Assembly: GCA_951406725.2 (NCBI GenBank)
Contig: OX597816.1
Location: forward strand, 136,152,001-136,216,000
DNA length: 64,000 nucleotides
Origin: Octopus vulgaris
Taxonomy: Eukaryota
Direction: 5' to 3'
Shown: piece by piece, positions 49,050 to 62,620 of the stretch
How positions within the stretch are numbered: the stretch's first letter is position 1
Layout of the letters: each line of letters starts with the position of its first letter
Notes under the pieces: generated by a model
Seen by the model: the letters and a program-made list of their open reading frames with translations, nothing else
The model's database searches: none
Told to the model about the DNA's origin: nothing
Translations under genes and position numbers: made by a program

Positions 49050-49600
49050 GCCATGCACTCTAGGAGTTTATGAAGCAATTTGTGTATCTCCTGTCCCACA
49101 TAAACTCAGAGATACAAGTCAACCATAGAATGGTAGGTACCACAGCATTGTTTACTGCTTCATTTTACAAAGACCCCCGTGCTTTCCATTTGTTACATGT
49201 GGGTACCATCTTTCAAGTTAATAAACTCAATGCTATGGTTCACTGTTCTATGTCCAAAATTATAATCATCAATTTTAGGAATGTGAGAGTAGGCCTTCCA
49301 TGAGTCATGGAAAATTGTGCTTTCTGGAATAATTGACTGATGTATGCATTCCTCCAGTGTGTTGTGATTCCAACATGGTACTGTATAAAGAGAAACTTGT
49401 CTAGTTTCATGGCACACTCCTCCGTAAACCTACTGCTCAGGTAGCAACCTTCCTTGGTTGTATTTATGTCTTGAGCAGACTTATGTCTATCTCAATCTTC
49501 CCAGGACTGCCAATCGGAATGGGGTTGTGGAGCAGGCCCTCCACACACATTTTGCGAACATAACTGTTGTAATCAACTGCTGTGGAGTGGCAAGCAGACT
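49050..49600 (-). mobile_element. Merlin / ISXO2(IS1595)-like DDE transposase relic
   Basis: RHKYNQGRLLPEQ*VYGGVCHETRQVSLYTVP....TLEECI...IIPESTIFHDSWKAY...HRTVNHSIEFINLKDGTH (ORF 49193..49417 and upstream). Confidence 0.8.
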
Positions 49601-50221
49601 TTACCTTGGCTTGTTACTATGAAAACTGGTACCAATGTCTGGTTTTCAGTTGGCTAAAATTACCCAATATTTGCAAAGGTTAAAAGCTATTAACTTTTTG
49701 TTTATTAATTTATGGCAAAAATGAATTTCATTTCCATAATTAGCATACAAAACCACATCAGTAAATAATGGGAACAAAACAGCACCAAACAGAAAAGATT
49801 TGAATTGTACTCCTGCTTAAGTTGAAGCGATTCCTACTCAGAAAAAGAATACAAATCATTGTGATTTCACATTAACTCTGAGATAGGAAATCAATGCTCT
49901 GGAATCAATATCTTGTAAATATATGTGAAAACATCTACCTATAATTTAGGTACATTCAATCTACTTTGGCAGGTGAAAGTGACATCACAACAGGTAAAAA
50001 CTATATTGATAGTGTGCACTAATAGATATTGGTTTCAAATTTTGGCACAAGGCCAGCAATTTTAGGAGGTGATTGAAGTCAATGATATCAACCCCATACT
50101 CAACTGGTACTTATTGTATCAATCCCAAATGGAAGAAATACTGCTAAGCATTTTGCCTGGCATACTAACAATTCTGCCAGCTCACCACTGGGTACACCAA
50201 CAAATATTATTTCCTATTACT

Positions 50222-51597
50222 ATAGTCTAGTCACCTGTATAGTCATTCAGGTGATACATGATGGAGTCATACCCAATGACTGGTGTAGCAACACCATAGA
50301 CAACTGCTACAAAGGTAAAGGTGATGCATTTGATATAAATAATTACAGAGGTATCAAATTGTTGGATCAGGTAATGAAAGTCACGGAGAGGGTCATAGCT
50401 CGACTAATTAGGGAGAGAGTTGGTTTAGATGAGATGTATTTTGGGTTTGTGCCAGGGAAAAGCACCACTGATGCTATATTTCTGTTAAGACAGCTGCAGA
50501 AGAAATACCTAGTCAAAGACAAACCTCTATACCTGGCTTTTGTTGACATGGAGAAAGCCTTTGACAGTCTCCCCCAATCCCTTATCTGGTGGTCAATGCG
50601 GAAACTAGAGATAGATGAGTGGTTAGTGAGAGTTGTACAAGCCATGTACAGGGATGCTGTCAGTAAGGTGAGGGTTGGCAATGAATATAGTGAAGAATTC
50701 TGAGTAGGGGTCCACCAAGGATTAGTCCTCATCCTCCTCTTATTCATCATTGTTCTCCAGGCAATAACAGAGGAATTCAAGACAGGATGCCCCTGGGAGC
50801 TTCTCTGTGCTGATGACCTTGCTCTAATAGCCAATACACTATGAGAACTAGAAAAGTTTCAGGTGTGGAAGCAAGGTCTAGAATCGAAGGGCCTTAGAGT
50901 CAATCTAGCAAAAACCAAAGAAATGAAACTAGTATGCTCCGCTGGATGTGTAATGTCAGTGTGCATACATGATAGAATGTAAGTGCCCTGAGAGAAAAGT
51001 TGGACAAAAGAAGTATCAGTTGCGGTGTGCAAGAGAGACGACTGTGCTGGTATGGTCATGTGTTGCATATGGATGAGGACAGCTGTGTGAAAAAGTGTCA
51101 CACCCTAGAAGTAGAGGGAACTTGTGGAAGAGATAGACCCAGGAAGACCTGGGATAGGGTGATGACGTATGACCTTTGAATATTGGGCCTCACATAGGCA
51201 ATGATGAATGACCAAGACCATTGGAGATTATGCTGTGCTTGATAAGCCAAGTGAGACTGTAACCCTGGCTTATGTTGGTGTAGCATAACTGGCCCATTTA
51301 AGAGTACCCTTCAATCATTAGGCAATGAACTGTCTGTGAAGACCTGTTGAGCCAAGTGAAGTCATTGTCATGGCCAATGCTAGTATCACCTAACTGGCAC
51401 CCGTGCTGGTGGCATGTAAAAAGCACCATTCAAGTGTGGTTGATGCCAGTGCCACCTGACTAGATTTTGTGCTGGTGGCATGTAAAAAGCACCTCAAGCG
51501 TGGGCCAATGCCAGTACCACCTGACTGGCCCTCGTGCTGGTAACATGTAAAAAGCACCCACTACACTTTGGGAGTGTTTGGCATTAGGAAGGGCATT
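50222..51597 (+). mobile_element. RTE LINE copy, RT region, internally deleted and 3' truncated
   Basis: ORF 50251..50703: YKGKGDA....NYRGIKLL, GFVPGKSTTDAIF, LYLAFVDMEKAFD; later LLCADDLAL; same family as 17978-19654. Confidence 0.92.
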
Positions 51598-52056
51598 TTA
51601 CCCGGCGGGCAAAATTTTACATACTTCACCGTCTCTCAATTGGTGTGACTATATTTTGAGATGAAATGACACACTTTCTGCTTATCTATATTTATGAAAA
51701 TGGAAGTAAACGAACAACATAATTTTATGAAACTAAATTCCATTTATTATGGCTTTTATTCCTGTATTTAGATTTTTTCCTTTGTTATACATCTCATCTT
51801 CCAGAGTTCAAATTCTACCTAGGTTGACTTCACCTTTCATTTTTTAGGGTTGATAAAATAAGTATCAGTTGAGTACTGAAGTTGATGTAATCAACTAATA
51901 CCGCTCCTCCAAAATTTCAGGCCTTGTAACTATAGGAGCAATAATTATTATATATCTCTATTTAATCCTTGTATTTTTTTTTTTGGTAAGTCAATGAAAA
52001 CAACTTATTTAAATGTCCAGATTGATCTTTAGCTTTATTAATTGTCTTATTTTCAG

Positions 52057-52193
52057 TTTGCACCCAATCATGGTGATATCAAAGAAGAAACATCACACCA
52101 GTTGGGTCTTTTAAAGAAAATCGCAAATAAAAAACCAATTATTGATGTTACAAAAGCTACCAATAAACAGTTACATGAAGATGAAGTTGCTAG
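52057..52193 (+). CDS. RRS1: RRS1 exon 9 (FAPNHGDIKEETSHQLGLLKKIANKKPIIDVTKATNKQLHEDEVA-R)
   Basis: Acceptor tattttcag|, donor AG|GTAAGT; matches the RRS1 'F.P..GD...E...QL..L......KP..DVT.ATNKQ..E' pattern. Confidence 0.94.
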
Positions 52194-53939
52194 GTAAGTT
52201 CTGCTGTTTCTATCAGTAAATTTTGTAACTTTGACACTTTTTCTGTTGAATGTGTAATATTAGTTAGTATATATATAAACAGCAGAGTACAAATAAGCAG
52301 AGGGATTGAATGTATTACGCAAGAGAAAACGATACTGGTACATGCATGAGATATATATGATGGTTGACAACTATATAAAGAAGAGCTAAGTGCTTGAAAT
52401 AAATGGAAGCAGTGGGAGGAGAGCTACGAAGACATGGTATGAAATGAAGAAGATTAATCTCAAAATTTGGAGCTCCCTGAAGGAGATGACAATGGACCAC
52501 AATGATTGGTGGTCTGTGGGACTAGAGAAAATTTTGTCACATAGCAAGCATAATAAGATGATTGTCAAAATGGTGACAGTGATGAAGACTGGGGTATATA
52601 TATCTACATTTGGGTCTTCCACTTATTTTGTACTTGTTAAGTTGACATTTGCTGTCTCCGCCTACTTAATTGATGACTTCTGTCTTTCCTATTCACTCTA
52701 CCATACTGTTTTTGTAATGAGCAGTAACATGGGATCTCAATATTCAACCCCCACCTCACCATTCATAACTTTTCATCTCTTTCTTCCATCACAAAACCTG
52801 TTTAGAGAAGTATTGCATAGTGTCAGATATACCCTTCCATCACTATACTGTACTTCTAGTTAAACTCTTTCTTTCCCAAGTCACTTTATTAACATGCATC
52901 CCTCTGTGATGCTGGCTTGCACAAAAACAAAAATGACTTCCACATGTGACTCATACACAGTTTGTAATGGTTGGCTGTAATGATCCTAATGCCAGTAAGA
53001 TGCTGTATGAATTGTTAACAGTGCTGATTTAAAACCACTGGTTAATTTGTTTGTTTCAGACATAGATCATTAAAACACATTACTACAATATCAGTGATTC
53101 AGGGATTTTGGCAGTGATTGGGATTCTTTCAACTGAATGTTAATGTCTTTATGTATTTAAATACAACTGCAATAAAGTTGCTAAATTAAAAAAAATAAAG
53201 TGATTTCTTCTGTACAAGTCAAAGGCCAAAACTAAAATGAAAAAAAAAGAAAACATACAAGTATTATTCAGTAATAATGATTTGCCTCTTGTAGGACCAG
53301 ACTATTTCTGTTTTAGTTCCCTAAATGTTTTTTATTCTTTTGAGTAGGATGGTGGGGCAAGTGCTGGCTTTTCAAATTTCTTCTAAACATTTCTTTATTG
53401 TCAGATATAGTCATCTGTGCCAAAGCCAGTAATATCTACTGCTCACATGTTTCTAAGAAAAACAAACTGGAAATTGGATAATAATTAAATAATTTTAATT
53501 GAGTAATTAAGAAAAGATGCAAACATAATGTTTTAGTCTATGGGTATGAAGAGGACCTTTTAGAAAGGTTATGAAAATATCTCTGGCTATAACAGTAATG
53601 TTACAGGGATCAGTGTCTTCTCACAACTGAACTACAAATCTTCTCTTTTCACTAAATTTGGGGATTATTATCAGTTTCCTGTTAAAGTATTCTTATTCTT
53701 TAGAATGAATAAGATCAACACTTTGGCATCCACCTGTTTTATGTTCATACAAGCCAGATCCAGCCTCTCACACCTACCCTACTATGTCATGTGAATAAAT
53801 AAGCATTATGTTTGACAATGTTAATCTGAATGCTTAAGGATTAAGATTAAAAAAAACTAATATACAAAAATTTTTTTAAAATTTTTATTTCATGTTTAGA
53901 AATTGAGTTCAGAATTTCTTAAAACTTTTTATTTTTCAG

Positions 53940-54069
53940 ATCCAAAGTAAACAAAATAAATCCCAAAAAGAAATTTAAAGAAGGATCAAAGAAGGCCAAA
54001 AAAGTGGAAAAACATTTTAATAAAAAAGCATTAAGAGGTAAAACATTAGGGAAGAAAAGAAGACGTTGA
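53940..54069 (+). CDS. RRS1: RRS1 terminal exon 10 (SKVNKINPKKKFKEGSKKAKKVEKHFNKKALRGKTLGKKRRR*)
   Basis: Acceptor atttttcag|, phase 2 matches exon 9; Lys/Arg-rich tail ending GKKRRR then TGA at 54067-54069. The ten exons sum to 1011 nt = 336 aa plus stop. Confidence 0.88.
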
Positions 54070-54076
54070 AATTGTT

Positions 54077-54082
54077 AATAAA
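54077..54082 (+). terminator. Candidate RRS1 polyadenylation signal AATAAA
   Basis: AATAAA begins 8 nt after the stop codon, with T/GT-rich sequence (ttgtctttgtatgg) about 35-50 nt downstream. Confidence 0.55.
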
Positions 54083-54424
54083 TATTCTACATTATAAACT
54101 TGAGTTTTCTTATACCATTGTCTTTGTATGGAGGTCTGAGTTTTTCCCTAACTTTTATTATTGTGTAACAGTAGTATGTTTTTATTTTTGTCAATATTGA
54201 TTTCAAAGTTTGGCACAAGGCCAGCAATTTCAGGGCAGTGGGTAAGTTGATTACATCGACCCCAGTATTTATATGGCACTTATTTTATTGACTTTGAAAG
54301 GATTAAAGGCAGAGTCAACCTTTGGTAGGATTTGAATTCAGAATGTAAAGACAGACGAAATGTTGCTAGCCTGGCATATTAATGATTCTGTCTGATTGCC
54401 ACCTTTATTAAAATAAAGCTTAGA

Positions 54425-54841
54425 TGGAGCGCTAAGAGTACCATACAAGCATGATCGTTGCCAGAGCAACAAGCTGGCCTCCGTGCTGGTGGCACCATTT
54501 GAGCATGAGCGTTACCTGCGTTACCTTACTAGCACTTGTGCTGGTGGCACGTGAAAAAACATTTGAGCGAGGTCATTGCCAATGCCGCTGGACTGGCTCC
54601 TGTGCAGGTGGCACATAAAAAGCACCATTTAAGCGTGGCCGTTACCAGTACCGCCTGACTGGTCCTCGTGCCGGTGGCACGTAAAAGCACCCACTACATT
54701 CATGGAGTGGTTGGCATTAGGAGGGGTATCCAGCTGTAGAAACTCTGCCAGATCAGATTGGTAGCCATCTGGTTCGCCAGACCTCAGTCAAATCGTCCAA
54801 CCCATGCTAGCATGGAAAGCAGATGTTAAACGATGATGATG
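54425..54841 (+). mobile_element. RTE 3' UTR copy (same subfamily as 19210-19654)
   Basis: Colinear with 19214-19654, with four divergent hairpin units and tail. Confidence 0.85.
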
Positions 54842-57528
54842 AAATTATTAAAAAAAAAAAAAAGTCCAGTACATTATCATCATTGTTGTTTTAACATCCA
54901 CCTTTCCATACTTGCATGGTTCAACAGGAAGTTGTTGAGACTGTTTCTTCAACCAGTTACCTTTCCTGTTGCTAACCCTCACCTGTTTTTAAGCAAGGTA
55001 ATATTTCCCCATGACCAGAAGGTTGGAAACAAAGGACCCTGCTTGCATGATGGTGACACTTGTTTATTACCTGCCCACTACAACAGAATTGAGATCCTAA
55101 AACCAAAGTGTCTCATAAAAAGCATTGGTGTGGGTGTTGGTCCCAATGTAAAAAGCACTGGTGCTGGTGCCATATAGAAAGCACCCAGTACACTCTAAAG
55201 TGGTTGACATTAGGAAGGACATCCAGCTGTAAAAACCATGCCAAAACAGACTATGGAAGTTGGTATGGCCCTGGCCTTACCAGTTCCTGTCAAGCCTTCC
55301 AATCCGTGCCAGCATGGAAAATAGTCATTAAACGTTGGTGATGATATGCCATGACCAGGCAGTGAGATAGTAACATGTACACACTACAGTATTGCTGCAT
55401 GTTCTTTAGCAGTGGCTTGGAATTGGAGGCAGAGTATGGTACATGCTAAGTGGATGATCTTCATAACATGACAGGTTGATAGTAAATCAGAGATGTGAGA
55501 AACAAATTCCAAGTAAAAGTGAAGTAACTGCAAAATGAATAAAAACGATGTCTTTTATGTTGTTTCAGTTATTAGACTGCTGCCATGCATGGGCACTGCC
55601 CTGAAGAATTTTTAGCTAAATGTATCAACCCCAGTAGTTATTTTTTTAAAGTACTGCTACTTATTCTATTGGTCTCCTTTTGCTGAACCTCTTAAGTTAC
55701 GTGGATGTAAACTCACCAACAACCAGGAACCATACATCCTCGCCTGCGCCTATGTATCCCTCCCCTTCAAAAAATGAAAATCTGAAAATGTGGAAATCCA
55801 AAAAATAATATCTATATTCTGTGATTTAAAAAAAAAATGGGTATTTTGTATATAAATCATCGTTTTGTATCCACTTTTCCGTTCTTGTATGGACCAGACG
55901 GAATTTCTTGAGGCAACCCTTGTTTCTAAACAAGGTAATATTTCTCCATGGCCTAATATGTTTTTTTCATGGAAAATCGGAAATGGAGTACATTGCTTTG
56001 AATGACACTGATGCTGGTTTACTGACAGTACATGATACACACACTTGTATATATTAATATTTAGAAGCAATAGTGTGATTCAAGGGCCGAGAGTTTTGCA
56101 CGTTAGCACTTATCAAATTTTCTGCTAAATATTAAGATATATCTTTATAAATAAATATATATATATATGGGCGTAGGAGTGGCTGTGTGGTAAGTAGTTT
56201 GCTTACCAACCACATGGTTCTGGATTCAGTCCCACTGTATGGCACCTTGGGCAAGTGTCTTCTACTCTAGCCTCGGGCTGACCAAAGCCTTGTGAGTGGA
56301 TTTGGTTGACGGAAACTGAAAGAAGCCCATTGTATATATATATGTTTATGTTTGTATTTGTCCCTCCCAATATCGCTTGACAACCGATGCAGGTGTGTTT
56401 ACGTTCCCGTAATTAGCGGTTCGGCAAAAGAGACCGATAGAATAAGTGCTGGGGTCGATTTGCTCGATTAAAGGCGATGCTCCAGCATGGCTGAAACAAA
56501 AGATTACACACACATACACACCCTTGTCTTGAGTTCTATTTTCCTTTTTGCTTCACCAAACATATATATGCACGCACACATACACGATGGGCTTCTTTCA
56601 ATTTCTGTCTATCAAATCAATTCACAAGACTGGTCACTGCATTGGTTAAAGCAAGCTTCTCAGTCACACGGCCACGCCTGCATTGAAACAAATATAGAAT
56701 AGTAAACTTTTTAGGTGACAACAGGTTTTCATTTGTCTTCATATGGACATACAGTTGGTCTCTTATCTTTTACTTGTTTCAGTCATTAGACTGTGGCCAT
56801 ACTGGAGCACCACCTTCAAGAACTTTTAGCCTAATATGAATCGATCCCAGTACTTACTTTTTATAAATCTGGTACTTATTCTATCGGTCACTTAAGCTGA
56901 ACCGCTAGATTTTATGGACGAAAACACACCAACGCCGTTGTCAAGCGGTGATGGAGGACAAACTTACGTAAACACACACACACACACATATTCGTTGGGC
57001 TTCTTTCGGTTTCCATCTACCAAATCCACTCACAAAGGCTTTGATTTGCCCGAGGCTACAATAGAAGACACTCTAGGTACATGTGGGACTGAACCCGGTA
57101 CTATGTGGTTTGTGGTTAGGAAGCAAGCTTCTTACCACACAGCTACGCCTGTGACATGTCTGAATATGGACATAATAGAGCAGATATCAGAAACAGACTC
57201 GACTCACTGACATTCCTATCAGATGAAATCGAGGTTTTTTTCTTTCGGCTGTAGCAGTTTAAGTGACGAAGGCCCTTCCTCCTGACCTCAAGCAGTTAGG
57301 AATCGTATTCCTGAACTAGAGCGGTAGTTGTTGACATTTCATGTTTATGGCTTGGAAGGGTGAGGACATGCAGATAGATGATTTAGATATATTCTTGAAG
57401 TTATACCACTCAGTTTTAATGTAGGGAATGAATGTAATTGTGCCCGGAGCGTTAATCAATCGATAAATTTCTGTTACATGTAGTGTAGCAAGCAAATATA
57501 GGTGGACGGAATTTGGGAGTTCTATAAT

Positions 57529-58637
57529 AATAATCCTTTTAACTAAAGGCACAGGACCTGAAATTTGGGGGACTAATCGATTGAATCGACCCCAGTGTTT
57601 TATTGGTTCTTAATTTTTCGACCCGAAAGGATGAAAGGCAAAGTCGACCTCGGCGGAATTTGAACTCAGAACGTAGTGACAGACGAAATACCTATTTCTT
57701 TACTACCTACAAGGGGCTAAACACAGAGGGGACAAACGGATTACGTCGATTACATCGACCCCAGTGCGCAACTGGTACTTAATTTATCGACGCCGAAAGG
57801 ATGAAAGGCAAAATCGACCTCGGCGGAATTTGAACCAGAACGTAACGGCAGACGAAATACGGCTACGCATTTCGCGCAGCGTGCTAACGTTTCTGCCAGC
57901 TCGCCGCCTTCACTAGATAATAATCCTTTCCACTACAGGCACAAAGCCTGAAATTGTGGGGGAGGGGGCTGGACCCAGTGTTTCACTGGTTCTTAATTTA
58001 CTGACCTCGAAACGATGAAAGGTAAAGTCGACCTCGGCAGAATTTGAACTTAGAACGTAGCGATGAGCGAAATACCGCTAACCATCGCGCCCAGCGTGCT
58101 AACGATTCTCCTAGCTCGCCGCCTTAATAATAATGATGGCTTCAAATTTTGCCACAAGAGCAGCCATTTTGTGGGAGGAGATAGGTCGATTATATCGACC
58201 CCAGTGTTTCACTGGTTCTTAATTTATCGACCCCGAAAGGATGAAAGGCAAAGTCGACCGCGGCGGAATTTGAACTTAGAACGTAACGACAGACGAAATA
58301 CTTATTTCTTTACTACACAGAGGGGACAAACAAGGACAGACAAACGGATTAAGTCGATTATATCGACCCCGAAAGGATGAAAGGCAAAGTCGACCTCGGC
58401 GAAATTTGAACTCAGAATGTAGTGACAGATGAAATACCTATTTCTTTATTACCAGAGAGAACAAACAAGGACAGACAAACAGATTAAGTCGATTATATCG
58501 ACCCAGTGCGTAACTGGTACTTAATTTATCGACACCGAAAGGATGAAAGGCAAAGTCGACCTTGGCGGAATTTGATCTTAGAAATACCGCTAAGCATTTC
58601 GCCCGGCGTGCTAACGTTTCTACCAGCTCGCCGCCTT
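57529..58637 (-). repeat. Tandem cluster of about six whole or partial SINE copies in one orientation
   Basis: The core gaaaggatgaaaggcaaagtcgacc recurs near 57625, 57795, 58010, 58235, 58370 and 58537. Confidence 0.85.
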
Positions 58638-59937
58638 AATAATAATAATCATGACGACAACAACAACAATAACAATAATAATAATAATATTAATAATACA
58701 TGAGCTCACAACTATCTAGAAAATTTGGGATAAACTTCCGTAAGAAAAATTAACTTGGGTGCGACGAATTAGTGCATATGACGTTATTGAAAAAAAATTG
58801 ATCGAAAACCATGGGTGTGGATTGAATATGGTCTCGAATAGTGACCTCTAAATGTCATAAATTCCTGATTTGTATCGTCATCTTAAATATGACATTTAGA
58901 GAAGAAACCGAATTTTGTATCTTTACTCACAGTTTTCTTCTTTTTTCGAACATATTTTTGTCCAATAGTTCGTTTATATTGTATTTCATTGGATTACACT
59001 TCATTACAATGTTCTACTTTGATGCTCATGTAGCGATTAGAGAAGTCCTCGTCGTCATTATCCTATTTTATCGATTTCTTTATAAGTAGGTACCATGTCC
59101 AATAATTTAGCGGGAAATAGTCCGATATTGATGCCTTTCTCCAGGTGTGTAAGCAACGTAATTAAAGTTCAATTCCCTCAGCTGGAAATAGAGACTATGT
59201 AGCACATCTGGCCTTCAGTTCTGAAACACTGGCAAAATATTGAAGAAGAATTACTGTAAATGGTAAAGCGGCGATCTGGCAGAATCGTTAGCACGCCGGG
59301 CAAAAATGCTTAGCGGCATTTCTTTTGGCTTTACATTCTGAGTTCAAATTCCACTGAGGTCGACTTTGCCTTTCATCCTTACGAGGTTGATAAAATAAAT
59401 ACCAATTGAACACTGGGGGGTCGATGTGATCTACTTACCCCATTCCCCGAAATTGCTGGCTTTGTGCCAAAATTTGAAATCATTATTACTATTATTTCTG
59501 TGAATGGTAAATGCAAAGATGACCTATATGTTTAGTTCTATTGATGGATGTGGGTATGATCCTGTGAAACTGGAATCACTTCCTGTAAATAACATTGATA
59601 AGCCACGCGTCTTAGAAAAGTGCACAGATTAGGTTGAATGCATTTTTTTTTTCATTCACTGAAGAAGCTTCAACAGAAATTTTAATTTCGGTTATACTGG
59701 ATTTTATCGATCGTCCCACCGATTGGTTGGAAAGATTAGGCATGATATAAAAGGTTACTTGGTATATCACTTATTCTTTTCTGTACTCTCGGAACGGAAT
59801 TAATTTAGACTGAGTCACAACTCTAGTTTCTTAATAGCTCAAGATGTTATGTGTACGTTTATCTTTTATTAAGCAGATAGCTTGTATCAAAAACATGAGC
59901 TACTGGAAACGTTTACACAAGCTCTAAGTCTCGGGAG

Positions 59938-60236
59938 CAGTGGTTCTCAACCAGGGTCCTTATAAAATTTTGTGGGGGGTAATACTAGTAAATTGGAGGC
60001 ACACAGTAATTTATTAAGGGTCCATGAAAAAATTTTACTTTAGATGTATTTATTACAAAGAACAGTTTGGTTTCTTTCTCTAACGTCTTACATCGTTTAT
60101 TTCATAAGTTATTGTGTTAAAAAGAAAAAAAAAAAAGGATTTTGAAAGAAGTTTCTATAAAATTAGTTTTAAAATAACAAATAGCTATGGGAATCCATCA
60201 ACGAAGACGTTGGGTAAAAATGGTTGAAAACCACTG
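59938..60236. mobile_element. hAT/Charlie-type MITE, copy 2
   Basis: CAGTGGTTCTCAACC ... GGTTGAAAACCACTG; internal similarity to 20184-20496. Confidence 0.75.
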
Positions 60237-60399
60237 GTCTACAAGAAAGGACGAAAAGGTAGACTAGGCATTATCGCTATCCCTCTAAACATTCTCTTTT
60301 ACTCTTTTTTTTATGTCCGTATCTAGAATCAGTAACTAAACATTTCCATGCTCACAATTGTTCAATTATTTTCGAAATGCTTAAAGAAATTTAGCTTGA

Positions 60400-61750
60400 A
60401 AATTAATCCTAACAAAATTTAAATGATATCTAAATGCATATCTTATTTCGTCCTGAACCAGTCATCTGTAGAGTTTATTGTCTTCACGAACTCACTGACC
60501 GATCAAATACTGACTTTTCGTGACATTAAAAATAAAATGAAATAAAAAAAAAGTTATGATTTAGTTACTGTAGGAAGGGCTGTATCCATGATCAATATCA
60601 CAACCCCTGAGATTGCTGGGAAGAGAGAAGTAAGTTGTTCTCAGATCACTGATTTAAACATAATGCTGTCAACAGAATGACTTCCACAAAAGGCATTTAG
60701 CAGATACATTACTAACAAAATGGAAAAGTCACTTAGGAAGGTGTTGCATGAGCATGACCTTTAATTCATACCGGATTAATTTACAACACTGTTGTGGGAT
60801 TCACCCCGCTGACGTTAAGTGAACAGAAGCAGCCTCTCCTGCACTCTGACAGAGTCCAACTCTTTTCTGGTCACTGCTAGAATCTACTGGCATATGTAAG
60901 CAGAGTAGACAGCGAAGGAAAAACAATATACCCAGAGTACCTCACACACCCTAGTTGATGATCCTATGTAGTCTTTCACGAAGTGGAGGTATGAAATATC
61001 TTAAACTGGATCTATGGATCAGACCTACTCATTCGAAATAGAGAGATGTTCTTAACTAAAGCGAGAGAACAATACAATCATCAAAAATGGTCTGTGTGAC
61101 TAGGATAAAGCTGTTTAGTATCGGAAGAAATTAAAACATGAGCAAAGCTCCTTTTAACACAAATTAGAGACAATCGAATGACGGCACATTGAACACCCGT
61201 TCATAAGTGCGCAATAGATATTTGATACTTGTTTGATCCCGAGATGGCAATTAGAGCCAGTCTATCGCAACATTTTACAAGTCGATAGCATGCCTACACT
61301 ACAGAATTGCACTTTGTCCGTCCTTTGTAAACAATTGTGGGTTCGCACAGTTTGAAAGCATTATAGTGCAACAGAAAACGAACAAAATAAAAATAGAAAG
61401 TGAAAGTAAGCGTGAATTCAATGAACAGTAAAAAAGAATTACACCTTATACAAAGCAGATCCTTCAGAAAAACTATCGTGCATATTTTGTGAAAATAGTT
61501 TCTTACATGATAGAAGACGTAATTTTAACAGTCACTATATAATATATTAGACAAAACTGAAGAAAGTCTAAAGGCAGTGGTTAAAGAATGTGTAATTAAG
61601 AGTGAAAGAAATAAAAAGAAGAGAAAATAGATTTATTGAAAGAAGCCGTGAAAGTTTGGCAATACTGAAGCGTCCTATGAAATTACTTTGACGCTGGTCA
61701 TAAAAACCGAAGCTTTTCCTTGGTGGAGAGGAAATTGTTAGGTTTTGTAT
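60400..61750 (+). mobile_element. Possible highly decayed Gypsy-like pol relic
   Basis: Only fragmentary motifs (e.g. 'GGMKYLKLDL' near 60985) amid many stops; weak. Confidence 0.3.
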
Positions 61751-62345
61751 CCAAATATATTCAAGATACCTTGGTGATAAAAATAGACAAAATAACTCAA
61801 ATAAGAATGTGACGCAACGTCTTGTAACGAATCTGAGCTTAGCTTTGAACGAGCCCTATGAAGCATTTTTACAAGAGAAATTGATAATTTTCTTTGAAGA
61901 ATTTGGCGATCTTGATTCACTTCACAGAAAATCTAAAGGAAGATACACATTTGATATCAGTCATTTTGGAACAACATACAGATGTGAACATTTTTATTCA
62001 TACAATTGATTTAATAAAAAAAAAAAAGAAAGAAAAAGTAAATAAATAATATAAGCTCGCTTGCCTGATTCAAATTTTTAAAATTCTCTACTGCTTTCAA
62101 TAAGTAATTTAACTACAAACACAAAACGCTTAGCGAAATCAGAATTAAAGTATTTTTTAATACTAAATCATTATATCATACAAAAATGCTAAATTTATCT
62201 ACTTTAACGATATTTTTATATAAAAAACTGAATATGGGTACATCTGGACTCGGGCTTGAAAAAATGACACATGGAATGTAAAATGGTGGCCACCCATAAT
62301 ATAACACTTACATAAAACATATATGACAGCTTACGCCACTGAAAA

Positions 62346-62620
62346 TCTATCTCTCTATATATAAAACTGAGAATGTGTGTGTGTGTGTCTGTCTGTCTGT
62401 CTGTGTGTTTCCCTAAAACCTGAGAACTACACAACCAATTTCGTTCAAATTTTACACATGCCTTACTTAAGGTCCGGGGAGTGTCATCGGCAAAAAAATC
62501 TTAACTGTTTTTCCTAGGGCGACCCCACAGCAATATCATATCTTCTCCACTATTTCAGTATTACGTGTTAAAAGTGAAACAAAAACATCTCTCTTTTGTA
62601 ATGCAGACACTGAAACTATT
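62346..62620 (+). mobile_element. Helitron-like 5' end
   Basis: A|TCTATCTCTCTATATATAAAA start followed by (TG)n(TCTG)n and 'accaatttcgttcaaattttacac', an architecture typical of non-autonomous Helitrons. Confidence 0.45.

Noticed and set aside
52390-52863. 157-aa ORF in RRS1 intron 9
   Set aside because: The start resembles a decayed RTE C-terminus (GR..KTW.E..K) and the rest has no recognisable domain or exon signals.
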